Source of the DNA: the human T2T-CHM13v2.0 reference genome, Homo sapiens
Length of the DNA: 64,000 nt
Reading direction: 5' to 3' (one strand)
NCBI RefSeq assembly: GCF_009914755.1
Contig: NC_060944.1
The notes beneath the pieces were generated by a model. It was given only the letters and a program-made list of their open reading frames with translations, searched no databases and was not told the DNA's origin. Positions 27,951-40,398 of the stretch are shown here, piece after piece. The number at the start of each line of letters is the position of its first letter. Positions within the stretch are counted from its first letter, which is position 1. A program made the position numbers and the translations under genes.

Positions 27951-29545
27951 CAGCCTAAACTCTGTCTCCATCTACTTAATTCTCCAGCCTCACCTTTTAT
28001 TATTTTTGCCCTTTTTCTCCCCATTTGAGCCACACCAGCCTCCTCGATGTTCCTCAGATGCAACGGGCAAGTCCCCACCTTGAGGTCTCTGCTTTTTGCT
28101 CTTGAATGTTACCTTTTCTATGAGGTCTATCCTGACCACACCATTCATTTGAAGCCAACACCCCAACACACTCCAGTCCCTCATACTCTGCTCTGTTTTT
28201 TTCTTGCTACTTAAATCCTCCTAAATATTGTATTATTTGCCTTTTGAAATAATGTTTATTCTTCATATTTATATCCAGAATCCTTCAACTATAATATAAA
28301 CACCACAAGGGCGGAAATTTTTGCCTTTTTATTCATTGATTCATTGATGTATACTCAATACCTGGGACAGTCCTTGGCACATAGCAGATGCCCAGTAAAT
28401 AATGTGGAACAGAGGAAAGTTACCTCCAGAAATACCTGCAAAACTCCTCTCAAGCAAGTGTTAGGGTCTAAATAACACAGCCAGACCCCTTTGCATGGGT
28501 AACTGCATGTCATCACATTTCTTAGAAACCACATATTTCAGTAAGATTGAACCATAAATAGGAGATGTCTTTCAAATGGTCCTCATAACCCCAATAAAGG
28601 AAATTATCTCTGATCATGGGGTTTCAAAATAACAGGTGCAAATGACATTCATAAATTTAGTAATTTAAATCCCTGATTCCAAATACTAATTTTGAACTTG
28701 TCGTTAACCATTGTTTTAATTTATTATTGTTAGAATTTTTGAACCATTTCTGTCTTCTTTCCCACCGCCCCCATCCAGCCTCTTGTGGAGGTGCTAATGG
28801 CATGTCTGGGATGCAGCCGAAAGGAAGGCAGTGGGAGAGGAGAAGGAACAGGAGGCAGGAGAAATCCACTAATTGGACAATCAGCACTGATTAATTGAAA
28901 GTTAATTGTGATAGTCCTTTTTCTAGGAGTGTCACAATTAATCTTTTATGAGAATTTCTAAGGTTCTTTCCAGCTCGGAAGAGTCATGATTCCACGAGGT
29001 GCAGGTCTCCACTGACTCATCTGTGGCCCCCAGAGCTTGCTTCTAACTGCACACCTGGAGCTTTGGACTAGGCTTTTGACCACAAGGTTGGGGGCACTAT
29101 AACCTAGAGCAAGCTGCTACTCATCTATGCCCTCTTCCAGGAATTTCCCCGTCCTCCATTTTTGCTTTTTGTTTTTCTCCTCCTTATTATCTGTCTTCAG
29201 AACTTTCTATGAAGACAGTCTTTCACATTAGTTTTGAGTCACGGTCAAGCTCACTTGAGGAACAGGAAGTTTCACTGATGTGCCTCCTTTGGTTCCTTCT
29301 CTGTTTTCGGATGAAGCCTAGTGGAGGTATTTCTCTCACCACCAGGCCATGAGTCAGGCCCTGCTATGTTAGAATATTAAAGCTTATTCATTCTACTTAA
29401 AAAATAATTTTGGAAAAATATCACTTACAGTCTTCGATATATAGTTTCACTCAACTGGTGAGGAAATTAAGGAAGGTCCAGAATGGATAGTAATATCCAG
29501 AATGGGTAGCAATCACTTATACAATGATATTTTAAACTGAGAAAT

Positions 29546-29824
29546 GGCCAGGTAATCCCAGCACTTTGGGAGGCCAAGGTGAGAAGATTGCTTGTGCCCA
29601 GGAGTTGAAGACCAGCCTGGGCAACGTAGGGAGAGTCCCATTTCTACAAAAAAAAAAATTAAATTAGCCAGGTATGGTAGCTTGCACCTATGGTCCCAGC
29701 TGCTCGAGAGTCTGAGCGGGGAGGATAGCTTGGGCCCAGGAGGTCAAGGCTACAGTGAGCCATGATTGTACCACTGTGCTCTAGGCTGGGTGACAGAGTG
29801 AGATCTTGTCTCAAGTAAATAAAA
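29546..29824 (+). mobile_element. AluJ
   Basis: Diverged Alu dimer with aggtcaaggctacagtgagccatgatt. Confidence 0.85.
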
Positions 29825-30744
29825 TCATTCAATGTAGTAACATATTGTAACAGCAATCACCCCACATTCTTCAACACTTCCTTTTGTGACTTAGTAAAGT
29901 TTCCTAAAAATCAGTGGTCCCCAGTGCCATTCCCACTGGACAGAGCTTCACATTTTAACTCTCAAATATGCATTCTGATGTGATCAATGCTACTGTCCTG
30001 CTGTCATTAAAAATATCATTGTCTTTGCCTTCCACAAATTTCCCCTGAGAGCCTTTATCTTTGGGCACAGCCTCATAAAATGAATCCCTGTGCACTAACT
30101 GTATTTAACTTTTCCTCATCGTGGATGGCTTAGAGTAGGGATCTGGAGCAGATAAAAAACAATCTTTCATGGGTCTCTCACAAATGTGGGAAGCCATGAC
30201 ATTTCCTGTATTCCTATAAAGCTAATGAAATGGTTTTTACAAGAGAATTTCCTCTCACTATCCATTATTTTCCTGTGATAGGCCAGTCCCCGATTTTCTT
30301 TTCTTATTAAGAAGAAATTTTCTTGTTTTTAAGTTGTTTCACAGAGCCCTTTCACAGGTCCTGTAACAAGGTCTAATATGCCCCCATGACTAGAATTCTC
30401 TTTGTGTGGTAAGACCAGGCTTATGCGCAGATCAAAAGGAAGAAATGTTCCCTCATTACCACTTCAGAATCTTGTTTGCCTCCAAAGAGAGTAAACAGGG
30501 TTCTGTCTCATTAATATTATTTAGAATAATACTCTTCACATACGCATCCTGCCTAACAAAGCAGCCTGTCTTACATTCTCACGGTCACTCCTTATAGCGG
30601 TCAGCAGTGGAGGAACGTAGGGAGAGCTCATTACCCTGTGTTAAGAGGTGAGGAAACTGAAGACAGCAGGAGGATGCAGAGTCCAGGCTTGTCAGCAGCA
30701 CAGACCATGGCAGGGTTCTTTTTGAAGAGGACTGTGCTGCCAAG

Positions 30745-30890
30745 CATAGAAGTGGCGCGTGCCTCCAGTCCCAGCTACTCAGGAGGCTGAGGCAGGAGGA
30801 TCACTTGAGCTCAGGAGTTTGAGACCAGCTTGGGCAACATAGTGAGATCCTGTTTCTAAAAATAAATAATAAATAGATGAATAAATAAAA
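30745..30890 (+). mobile_element. Alu monomer (FLAM-like)
   Basis: ccagctactcaggaggctgaggcaggaggatcacttgagctcaggagtttgagaccagc plus A-rich tail. Confidence 0.75.
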
Positions 30891-31583
30891 ATGTTAGTGT
30901 TTTTATGTTAAGAGAAAAAAGGAAGAAAAGAATCATACAGCCTAAATTAAAAGAAGCACTTAATGTCCTATTACCTTAGACTCTCAGTATTCAGAACAGA
31001 ATCACTAAAAGGTGGTTTACCTGAGGTCAATCCTTTCAGAAAATTCTGGAAACAACCCTCACAAAACTGTTTAAATAAACCCAAAGCCACAAGAAACCCA
31101 CTGTTATCATACTACGTGAAAGCGCTCAAACTCCAAGAGAGCCCAGAAAATGGAAGCCAGTGCAGCCACAGCACGCTGAAGCCATGGCATGAATGGCCGC
31201 CCTGGGCCTGCTGGCGGTGGAAGTCTCCGTTCCTAGAAAATCACCTCTGCCCTGAAGGGTGAATCCCAAAGTCTCCAGGGAGTGTACTTGCTGCGAACCT
31301 AACTCCCTAATTGCTATATTCTTGAAGTAAAATGGGTTTTGTTGTTTTGGCAGGAACCCATACGCTAATTCTCAGAATGAGTGATTACTGAAAAGTATTA
31401 GCGAATAGGAAGGGTTCTCGGTATTCAAAGATTCTGACCCCTGGCTTTGGGAATCCTCAACAATGTCACTTTCTTCCTTCTCATTCCCATTGAGGCTGTG
31501 GTCAATACACCAATTTAACAGCTAAAGTAAATTTACAACCACTCTGAAGTAGAAGCAGAAGAAAGGTATAGTATGAGTGATTT

Positions 31584-31628
31584 CACACACACACACATAC
31601 AGATAAACACACACACACACACACACCC
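31584..31628. repeat. Interrupted (CA)n microsatellite
   Basis: Seen directly in the sequence. Confidence 0.9.
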
Positions 31629-31868
31629 CTCCCACCCTCCCAGTTGTGGGCTGACCTAAGCCAGGTGGAACAATTTAGCTTTAATGGGAAGATGTCAATT
31701 TGTAACTAAGTGTTTCATAACGAAAAATCTCCTAGTATCAGTCCTGGTAAACTCACAGCAAGAGCACGGACTCAGCCCACTAGGGGACTTGAACCAGCTC
31801 ACCAGATGTCTAATTAATGCCCGCTGTCAGCTGCTCAGATGTCACTTACGGAGCTTCTCTCTTTGCAG

Positions 31869-32037
31869 CCACTGTTTTAATGATAAAGATTATGCACTGA
31901 TGTCACTGTGCTCCTGGGTTAATGTCGTGGTGGGTAGAATGACCGGCATAGACCGAGCAGCCAAGCACGTTGTGCTTTCCACGGATGAGATCGTGCCCTA
32001 CGACCACCTCATCCTCTGCACCGGGCAGCAGTACCAG
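31869..32037 (+). CDS. CFAP61: CFAP61 internal coding exon (169 nt, phase 2 to 0): (D)HCFNDKDYALMSLCSWVNVVVGRMTGIDRAAKHVVLSTDEIVPYDHLILCTGQQYQ
   Basis: ctctctttgcag acceptor and CAG|gtaagg donor. Lies inside ORF 31684..32172. YDHLILCTG resembles the YDxLILATG motif of FAD-dependent oxidoreductase folds. Confidence 0.95.
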
Positions 32038-32727
32038 GTAAGGCCGGGCACAGGGGGCGCAAGCCACGTGTCTGGAGAGCTCCATGAAAGCCATTCATAT
32101 GTTTACTGGGGCACACACACTCTGGGTAAAGAGCATCCCTCTGCCTGGACAGCTGCTGCTCTAAATTCATAAAAGCACCCTTCAGGGCCCGCACACATAA
32201 CCAGAATTATGTCCGCAAACCCTCCCAGAAACCCATTCCAAGAAAAACATTCTGCTCGAGGATAAAAATCACAGCAAGTTGGAGAAATGTCATTCTTTAA
32301 GCTGTTGTCCAAAAGTCTAACACATACTGCTCGCCCTAGCAGAATCCAGACGCAACCAGGCATGCATTTGTGGTAAATTAATTTATGCCTCAAGAGGCTA
32401 ACATTTGGCTGTGGCAATGGGCTCTCGCAAAAGTATTGCAAACACGTGCACCTTCTGTCGACCCTTATTTTATTTTGTCTCTCAGTTATGAAAATAGGAA
32501 ATCTGATTGATTGGTTTCCCAGTGTCCATGCTTTCCTTTTAGTTAAACTCTCCATCCACATTTGAGTAAAGCATTGCTGGATAACACTGAAGCTGTTCAA
32601 TGTCTTAGGGCAGCAGATTTTAATATTCCACTTTGTAATATGCATGAGTGTTTCATGTAGTTTACAGCAGTAAGGTATTTCTCCAGTGACAAGAGGCTTA
32701 CTCTAACTCAAGGATGAAGTCTTAGAC

Positions 32728-32945
32728 CAAGTTTGTGAAACCCATGGCCCATGGGCCCAAGGTGGCTTTGAATGTGGCTCAACACAAATTTGTAAACTTT
32801 CTTAAAACATTATGACTTTTTTTTTTGCAGTTTTTTTTCTTCAGCTTATCAGCTATCTTTAGTGTTTGTATATTTTATGTGTGGTCCAAGATGATTCTTC
32901 TTGTTTCAGTGTGGCTCAGGGAAGCCAAAAGATTAGACACCCCAC
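32728..32945. mobile_element. MER30 (hAT)
   Basis: ctttgaatgtggctcaacacaaatttgtaaactttcttaaaacattatga ... agggaagccaaaagattagacaccc; cttagac repeated on both flanks. Confidence 0.8.
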
Positions 32946-33418
32946 TTAGACCATCTTGTGAATAGTTGTGGGATTCGATGCGAGCCTGTGTATGACAGTT
33001 TTCCTTCACGTCGCCAAGCGCAGAGGAGGCAGCGCATGAAGGAGACAGGGTCTCCACCTGGGTGTTGCCACAGAATGTGCTCAGCAGCTCTAAGCATCAC
33101 TTACCCTATATTTTCTGCCTTGGCCGCACATTGAGATGACCTGGGTGCTTTGAAAACACATCCATGCCTAGGCTCCGCCCCCAGAGGTTGTTTTAATTAT
33201 TCTAGGGTGGGACCCAGTCATCAGTATTTTTTAGGTGCCCCACATGCTTCTAAGCTAAAGCTGAGAACCACAAGCTTGCACTTTCTTGACTAAGAATTCC
33301 TCATCTATACCTTAGAATAGCACCTCTCAAACTGCTGTGCACATGAATCCCCTGAGCTTCTTGTTAAAATGCAGATTAGGAGCAGGAGGCCATGGGATGG
33401 GGAGCCTGAGATGCTACA

Positions 33419-33554
33419 TTTTCTTTTCTTTTCTTTTCTTTTCTTTTCTTTCCTTTTCTTCCTTCCTTCTTTTTTCCTTCCTTCCTTCCGTCCTTTCTTC
33501 CTTCCTTCTTTCTGTCCTTCCTTCCTTCCTTCTTTCTTTCCTTCCTTCCTTCCT
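33419..33554. repeat. (CTTTT)n/(CCTT)n compound microsatellite derived from the retrocopy poly(A) tail
   Basis: Seen directly; lies between the left TSD and the pseudogene 3' end. Confidence 0.9.
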
Positions 33555-34140
33555 GTACTTTTAATTCCATTTATTGTTGGATGAGTCTATTCCTGTGCCG
33601 TAAGTTTCCATTTCTTCAGTTTCTTCTGGGCTATCTTTTTCTTCTGCGCAGCCTCTTCTGGTTTAGGAACAATTTGTTCCTTTTCAATAAGGCTCATCTC
33701 ACTGTGGCAGGCAGAGCTCACACATGGGTTAACCTGACCCTGAGCTCTGTGAGTCTGGCCACACATCTTGGGTACTTTGTTCACCTGGCTATGCTCAATG
33801 ACCAGAGAATCTACATGTAAACCCTTACGTTCAGCATGACTCTGCATTTTTAAGCATGTGCAGCAAACATTCAGCACTCTTTTTGGGCCACTGACCCTGT
33901 GTCCAGTCCCACTGTTTGGCCTGGACGCACCTACCAACTCCACCTTTGTAACGTCAGAATGGTACACACTGTCTCTGTCAAGTGACATCTTTCAGATACT
34001 GGGTGGCTCTTGATATATGCATACCCTGACGGCCTGAGCAGTTTCACAGGTGTTCTTCAATGAACACGAAGATTTGAACCTCTCGATTTGCCTGAGTTCA
34101 CATTTCCACAGATTGTCAGGCCACTTAGGGGAACAGGAAG
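33422..34140 (-). pseudogene. RPL17P1: Processed RPL17 pseudogene (probably RPL17P1; number recalled, not verified)
   Basis: Minus strand encodes an RPL17-like C-terminus (...KGLHVDSLVIEHSQVNK...EKEQIVPKPEEAAQKKKIAQKKLKK...). Intronless and frameshifted; ATG at 34103 is followed directly by TGA. AATAAA at 33575-33570, poly(A)-derived tract at 33422-33553, TSD agatgYtacattt at 33409-33421 and 34139-34151. Confidence 0.93.
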
Positions 34141-34230
34141 ATGTTACATTTCTAACAAGCTCCCGGGTGAGGCCAGTGCTGCCAGTGAATGAACAACCCT
34201 TTCAGTAGCTTGGATCAACCTCTGAAGAAT

Positions 34231-34488
34231 CTCTCTCCTCCCCTCCCCTCCCCTCCCCTCCCCTCCCCTCCCCTCCTCTCCTCTCCATTCCTCTCCCCTT
34301 CCCTCCTCTCCCCTTTCCTCCCCTCCACTCCCCTCCCCTCCTCTCCCCTTTCCTCCCCTCCACTCCCCTCCCCTCCTCTCCCCTTTCCTCCCCTCCACTC
34401 CCCTCCCCTCCCCTCTTCTATCCCCTCCCCTCCTCTCCATTCTTCTCCCCTCCCCTCCCCTCCCCTCCTCTCCTCTCCTCTCCTCTCA
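34231..34488. repeat. ~255-bp (CCCCT/CCTCT)n polypyrimidine tract
   Basis: Seen directly; source of the low-complexity ORFs 34144-34596. Confidence 0.95.
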
Positions 34489-35639
34489 ATTCTCAAAGGG
34501 TATAAAAGGATATTTTTATGGTTAAAGGATAAATATTTACTGCAGGGATACTTCGTTTTGATATTTAAGTATTCCTCTGACTTGTTAAAACATTAAACCC
34601 GACAGAAATGCCATATGCACCCCCTTAGCTTGTCTTCCTGTCACCTGCCTGCCAGGTTCCAGCTGCTGCCACGACTGCGTACTTTGGAAACTGAGTGGAA
34701 GACCCAGCCAGCTGCCCAGAGCCTCGGGCATCTGCCCATGTGTGCCCAGCTGCCCCTGCAGCTTTACTCTGTGGCACATTAAGCTCTTGCCCTTTTTACA
34801 ACGGAAAAAAAATGAAATGAAGAAGTGATAAAGGGAGTTCCAATTTAATTTTTCCAGAAGGACATAAAATCAAAGTACATAGAGTGGTACAGAAAGGGCA
34901 GCTGAATTCACTGGGGAGCTTTTCTCCCCCTTCCCCCATTGTCTTCAACTCTCTCCTGGTTTTGTCCCAATTTTGTGATTTTCTAAAAAACAAATTAAAA
35001 TAATGAAAACAGAGCTTAAACCCAAAGCAAGAAGACAACCCTCTATAAAATGTAATGACAAACCGCAACCTCTAATCAGACCTTTTAAATGGCACGCCTC
35101 ACTCTAAATTGTTGTGTAATGTTTTTAATATCCAAATGCACATCGCTATTTCTTATTACAAAATCCATGCACAAGGTAAAATACTACATTGCACTGCACG
35201 GCTAAGCATGAGGAGAGCTGGTCTCTCCCAGCCCACTCTTCCTCCCAGCTCTCTTTCCAGAGGCAACCAGTTTGAAGCATTTCTGTTCTTAGTTTTTCAG
35301 TGGCTACCTGCATAACTCCAAATACAGTAATATGTTTATAGAATGTCCTTCCTTGCTCTGTCAACTTCAGACATTATCTACAACCTCTCCATTTTCGAAG
35401 ATGAAGATTTAGCTGGCTCACTTTCCAGACTCTATAACTCCTTCTCCAGCCCTCCAATCAATGTTGATCATTTTTGTTGGCAAACACACTCTGGTTTTGA
35501 AAACCCCTCTGAGATCACAGGGCCACTCTCCATGACTCATGGACGGTCATGGAGCAGCAGAGAGATGCCTTCCCCAGGCCTGGATTTGAGGAACCTCATA
35601 AAGAGGAAGAACAAAAATGTACCAACTGAAATCAAATGA

Positions 35640-35860
35640 GCTTGGTGTTGAGCATGAGAAGACTGTGGTATGGACTGTTCATGGGTCGGGGGTCACTAGC
35701 AGCTGACAGGTAGGGCAGGTACTTCCAAGCAAGCAAGAAGAAGAGCTGAGACTGTAGTATACAGTGAGCTTGATGTGGGTCGGCAATGTTACATTGTCTC
35801 CAAAGGGGTTAATCATGTCTTAGACTGGGTCAGTAATAGTGTGGCATCCAGAATGGTGCA
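35640..35860 (+). mobile_element. CR1/L3 fragment (another near 38780-38970)
   Basis: gagcttgatgtgggtcggcaatgt...ggttaatcatgtcttagactgggtcagtaatagtgtggcatccaga resembles the CR1 reverse-transcriptase 3' region. Confidence 0.5.
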
Positions 35861-36041
35861 GCCCAGGTGACAGCCTTCTACACACAGCAGGGAGGAAAGA
35901 CCCATCTACACCAGTGCTGTACCTCCCAGTAAGAGACCTGAGAAAGACACTCCCCCGTGTCATTTGACAGCACCTACTATATAGAGATCTCACTCTGAGA
36001 ATGATTACAGGGGAAAATAAAAGCATGCAGTCAAAGAAAAC

Positions 36042-36588
36042 TGGCTGTTTTAAAAATGGCTGCAAATTCTTTGATGCCTCTTCCATCTAAGAGGTAGAGT
36101 CTATGTCTCCTCTCCTTGAATCTGGGCAGCCTTGTGACTGCCTCGGCCAACAAAGTGCAAAGGTTGTGACATGGTGTGACTTCTGAGGCCAAGTCACAGA
36201 GGCCATACAGTGCCTCCTGGATTGTGGCAGCAGTCGCTCCTGGAGTCCTGAGGTGCCACGTGAGAAGTTCTGATGCCCTGGGGTTGCCACGCTGAAGACG
36301 CTGTAGGTGAGCTCTCTGCCTCCCAGGCCCCACTGATCCCAGCCCTTCAGCCAGCCTTGCAAGGCACTGGGCATGTGAGTGAAACAATCTCAGATCCTCC
36401 AGATCAGTCCATCCACCAGCTGAAAGTTGCCAAGTGACTCCTGTCCACAGCACACAGAATAAAAGAATTGCTCATCCAAATGCTACCCAAATTTCTGACC
36501 AACAAAATCATGGAAAGTTAAGAAAGTAGGTATTTAAGCTACTAAGTTTTAGTGTGAGTTTGCTGAACAGCAAAGGACAACTAGAATA
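36042..36588 (+). mobile_element. MLT1 (F/G-like) solo LTR
   Basis: aaaaatggctgcaaattctttgatg ... tatttaagctactaagtttt...cagcaaaggacaactaga. Confidence 0.75.
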
Positions 36589-36678
36589 AAAAGATAACAC
36601 AGTAAGAGAAAGAGAACAATACAATATTTGGAAAAATCAGAGGAAGAACATAGTTGTGAAAATGTTGAAAAATTTAGG

Positions 36679-36679
<1 letters not shown>

Positions 36680-36714
<35 letters not shown>
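36680..36714. repeat. (CA)17 microsatellite
   Basis: Seen directly in the sequence. Confidence 0.95.
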
Positions 36715-36716
<2 letters not shown>

Positions 36717-37298
36717 TGTAGGCAACTATTTATCATCCTTTATACAATTTGATCACCTGGCCTCTGAAATGGGAGCTGAAGCCATTGAAAGAGCAGAGGC
36801 AAAGCTGAGAAGGCCACACATAAAAAAGGAGATGGGTGAATAAGAAAAAATTAAAATGAAATCTCCATCAGAGACAGAACTGCTGCTAAACAGTTAGTGA
36901 TGCTGAAGACAAAGCACTCCTGGAGGGCAGAAGCAGAGGACAAAGGGATATGCTTGGTTCAGGAGAAAACAGGGTCTGATAGGCATGGAGGCAGCATAGA
37001 AATAATTGGTTTTCCTGAAGAAGAGACTCAAGGGACAATAATTGAAGATATTCTAGAAGAAAACTTTTTTACCCGAAAAACATATTGTCCAGCTGACCAC
37101 ATTCTAGGCAAAATCAAAGAAAAATTTTCTCAGTTATGTTCTGACAGAATTTCAATTCTTTCTTAGTCACCCATCTCCCTTTTTGTCTAACCCTGTGGCC
37201 TTCTTAGCTTAGCCTCTGCTCTTCCGATGCTTCAGCTGCCATTTCAGGGGCTGTGTGATCAAATTGCATTGAGGATGATAAATAGTTTCTCATAGAAT
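36715..37298. repeat. Imperfect inverted repeat: arms ~36715-36881 and ~37131-37298, spacer ~250 bp
   Basis: aactatttatcatcct...aatttgatcac...ctgaaatgg..gctgaagc...gagcagaggc..agct.agaaggccaca...ggagatgggtga matches the reverse complement of 37131-37298. Confidence 0.9.
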
Positions 37299-37606
37299 GG
37301 CAGGAAAAAATTGAACAAACTTCAAAAGAAAAATAACAGATTACAACCTTTCTCCCTAAAAAAGAATAAAAATAAAACAGATATCAAAATTTTTATCTCC
37401 AGCATTAAATAGCAAAAGAAAATGAAACTAATCCCACAGAATTTTGACGAAAAGTGGTGATTCAGTAATTATGTGTCCACCTAAATCTCTCATATTTGAA
37501 AATAGCAGGTAGCCATTCTTTTATATACAAGGCCTCAGAAAAAATTATCTTCCGTGTTCTTTGCTTAATGTGCACTCAAAATAATTGAGATAGAAAAGAA
37601 AAATTA

Positions 37607-38005
<399 letters not shown>

Positions 38006-39526
38006 CTAAATAATTGTTGTAAATCTGAGAATAAATGCAAAATAGAAAATGACTCTTAAGCTAAATTAATCTAATAAAGACCAAGAAGTTGTTGAAAATT
38101 GGGAGGGAGGTGGCAAGGGAGGAATATGCATTGTCTTAAGGGGAGAAACCCAAGAGTACTATTTCAGTGTTGACTCTTATATTTAGAAGAAATAAGATTA
38201 AAGAATCCTTTGAAACAGCATGAAGGAATTCACCTTCCCAACACTGCAGAAGATAAAAGGGAGAAAACAAAGGAAAACAGACACAATGGTTAAAAGTGAA
38301 GGTGTAAACCAGAATGACATAAGGAGAAAAATTCAGTGAGTGTCATGGGTGGATTAGGGTTAGGGCTTCAAACCACCCTGTTATAAGAACCAAGACTCTG
38401 TTTTTACACTTAATTCAAAATATAAGAGAAATACCCAATCAAAGGGCAACAAAAGCTTAAAAATAAGAAGATGGTTCAAAGTGCACCAGCAAAAGACTGT
38501 CAGGCAAATTTCACACAGCTATTAGAAACAGCAATAATATTAGTGCCCAAGAAAGTGAATTGGAGAAAGAAAAGCATTAATCTTGATCAAGGGTAAAATC
38601 CATGATGAGAATATAGAGGTCATGAACTTTTTACCTGCCGAACATGGTTGTATCAGAGGATGGCCACAAAAACAGAAGTGTACTTGCAATATGACCTTCG
38701 TTCCTTGGAGTCCCACTGAAGAAGGGAAGGAACAAGCTGAAGCACAGCGAGGGAGGGGCTCCGTCACTCCAGATGCGCAGCCAGAGGAGTGAAGATTCAG
38801 GGTGTGCAGGATGGCCAGCCAGTCTTCAAATACTTGAAGACTTTTCATATGGAGAGCGAAATTAGTCTTGCACATGATGGCTCTGGGAAACAGATCTAGA
38901 CAGGCCCCAAAAGTGATGGGAATGCAGTGTTTATTCATCCCGAGGAACAGCTTTCCGATAGAGTGAAAGTCTACTCCAAAGAAAACGGTCAACCCTAGGA
39001 GACAGGAGCCTGCTGCCAGGCAGCCTCAAAGCGGGAGAGCACCTGACTGCCGTTGAATGTTTACCGCGAGACAGACACATGGTAACAGATGGAACTCTCA
39101 CCATACACTGAGGTCACTGCCATTGGCATCCCCATGTTGTAGGTTAGAGAACCGAGGGTGCTGTGAAGCTTAGGTAGTTTGCCCAGGGTCAGTTAGTAGG
39201 GAGGTGATAGACTAGGGTCCAAACTCAGGTGGTCTGGCCCTGGATCAAGCACTGTCTCTGTTTCGTTCTCTTTCCCTCTCCTTTCCCTTTCTTGTTGCTT
39301 CCCTTTATCTCTCATTGACATGGTGCAGGGCTTATACTTGATGGCTTTTAAAAGTCATTACCACAGAGATTCTAGAGCTTTGTATTTACAGCTACAGTCA
39401 AATAAGCAGTTCAAAAAGAAAAAGTTTATTTCCTTCTCTCATTAAAAATAAAAATATCTGGAGAAAAGCAACCCAGGCCCGGTAAGGTGGCTCCCTGATG
39501 TCAACAGGAACCCAGGCCCTTCCATC

Positions 39527-39865
<339 letters not shown>

Positions 39866-40398
39866 TAATGTGTGGTTTCCATTCTCAGCATCTCAAGATG
39901 GCTGCTGTGTTCCAGTCATTCCATTTGCAAGAGGCAAGAAAGAGGAAGGACTAGAGCATGATGACTTTTCTCATTACCTCATCCAAGGACTCCTGCTTGT
40001 ATCTCCTGACCACCTCTTAGGTCTTGAGTTGGGAAATGCAGTTTTTCAGCCGAGCATATTTCCCAAGAGTCTGTTACTAAGAAAGGAAGGAAGACAGAAT
40101 ATTGGGTTAGGCAGCCAGCAGTCCTAGCCACCGTGAGTTATTGCTGAGTGATGGTGGCACTGTGCTATGGCAAATCAGTGTGGTTGAAAAGTTATCTGCT
40201 GCTCTCCACTCAGAAGTTAGTGGCACTTTAGTTAGTGGCAGAGAACCCTCAGTTTGGATAACCAGTCCTTGTGGCACTTCATTAAATATAACCAAGCCCT
40301 TATATTAAAGACTGTTCTCTCCCTTGCCTCTTTTACCTTTTCAGGGCTAGTGACCTCTCTTGACCAACAGGAATGTATGGGTGTAAGAAACTTCTGCT

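Larger units (their letters stand above)
33318..34195. mobile_element. MER5A split by the RPL17 retrocopy
   Basis: Left part cttgttaaaatgcagatt...gggagcctgagatgctacattt continues on the right as catttctaacaagctcccgggtgaggccagtgctgc. Confidence 0.7.

Noticed and set aside
32044-32062. CTCF-like CAGGGGGCGC just after the exon donor
   Set aside because: The 5' half lacks the conserved CC; not supportable without ChIP data.
33337-34596. Low-complexity ORFs (FLSFLPS..., GEGRG..., PLPSP...)
   Set aside because: They are translations of microsatellite and polypyrimidine tracts. ORF 33587..33988 is a frameshift mosaic of the RPL17 pseudogene.
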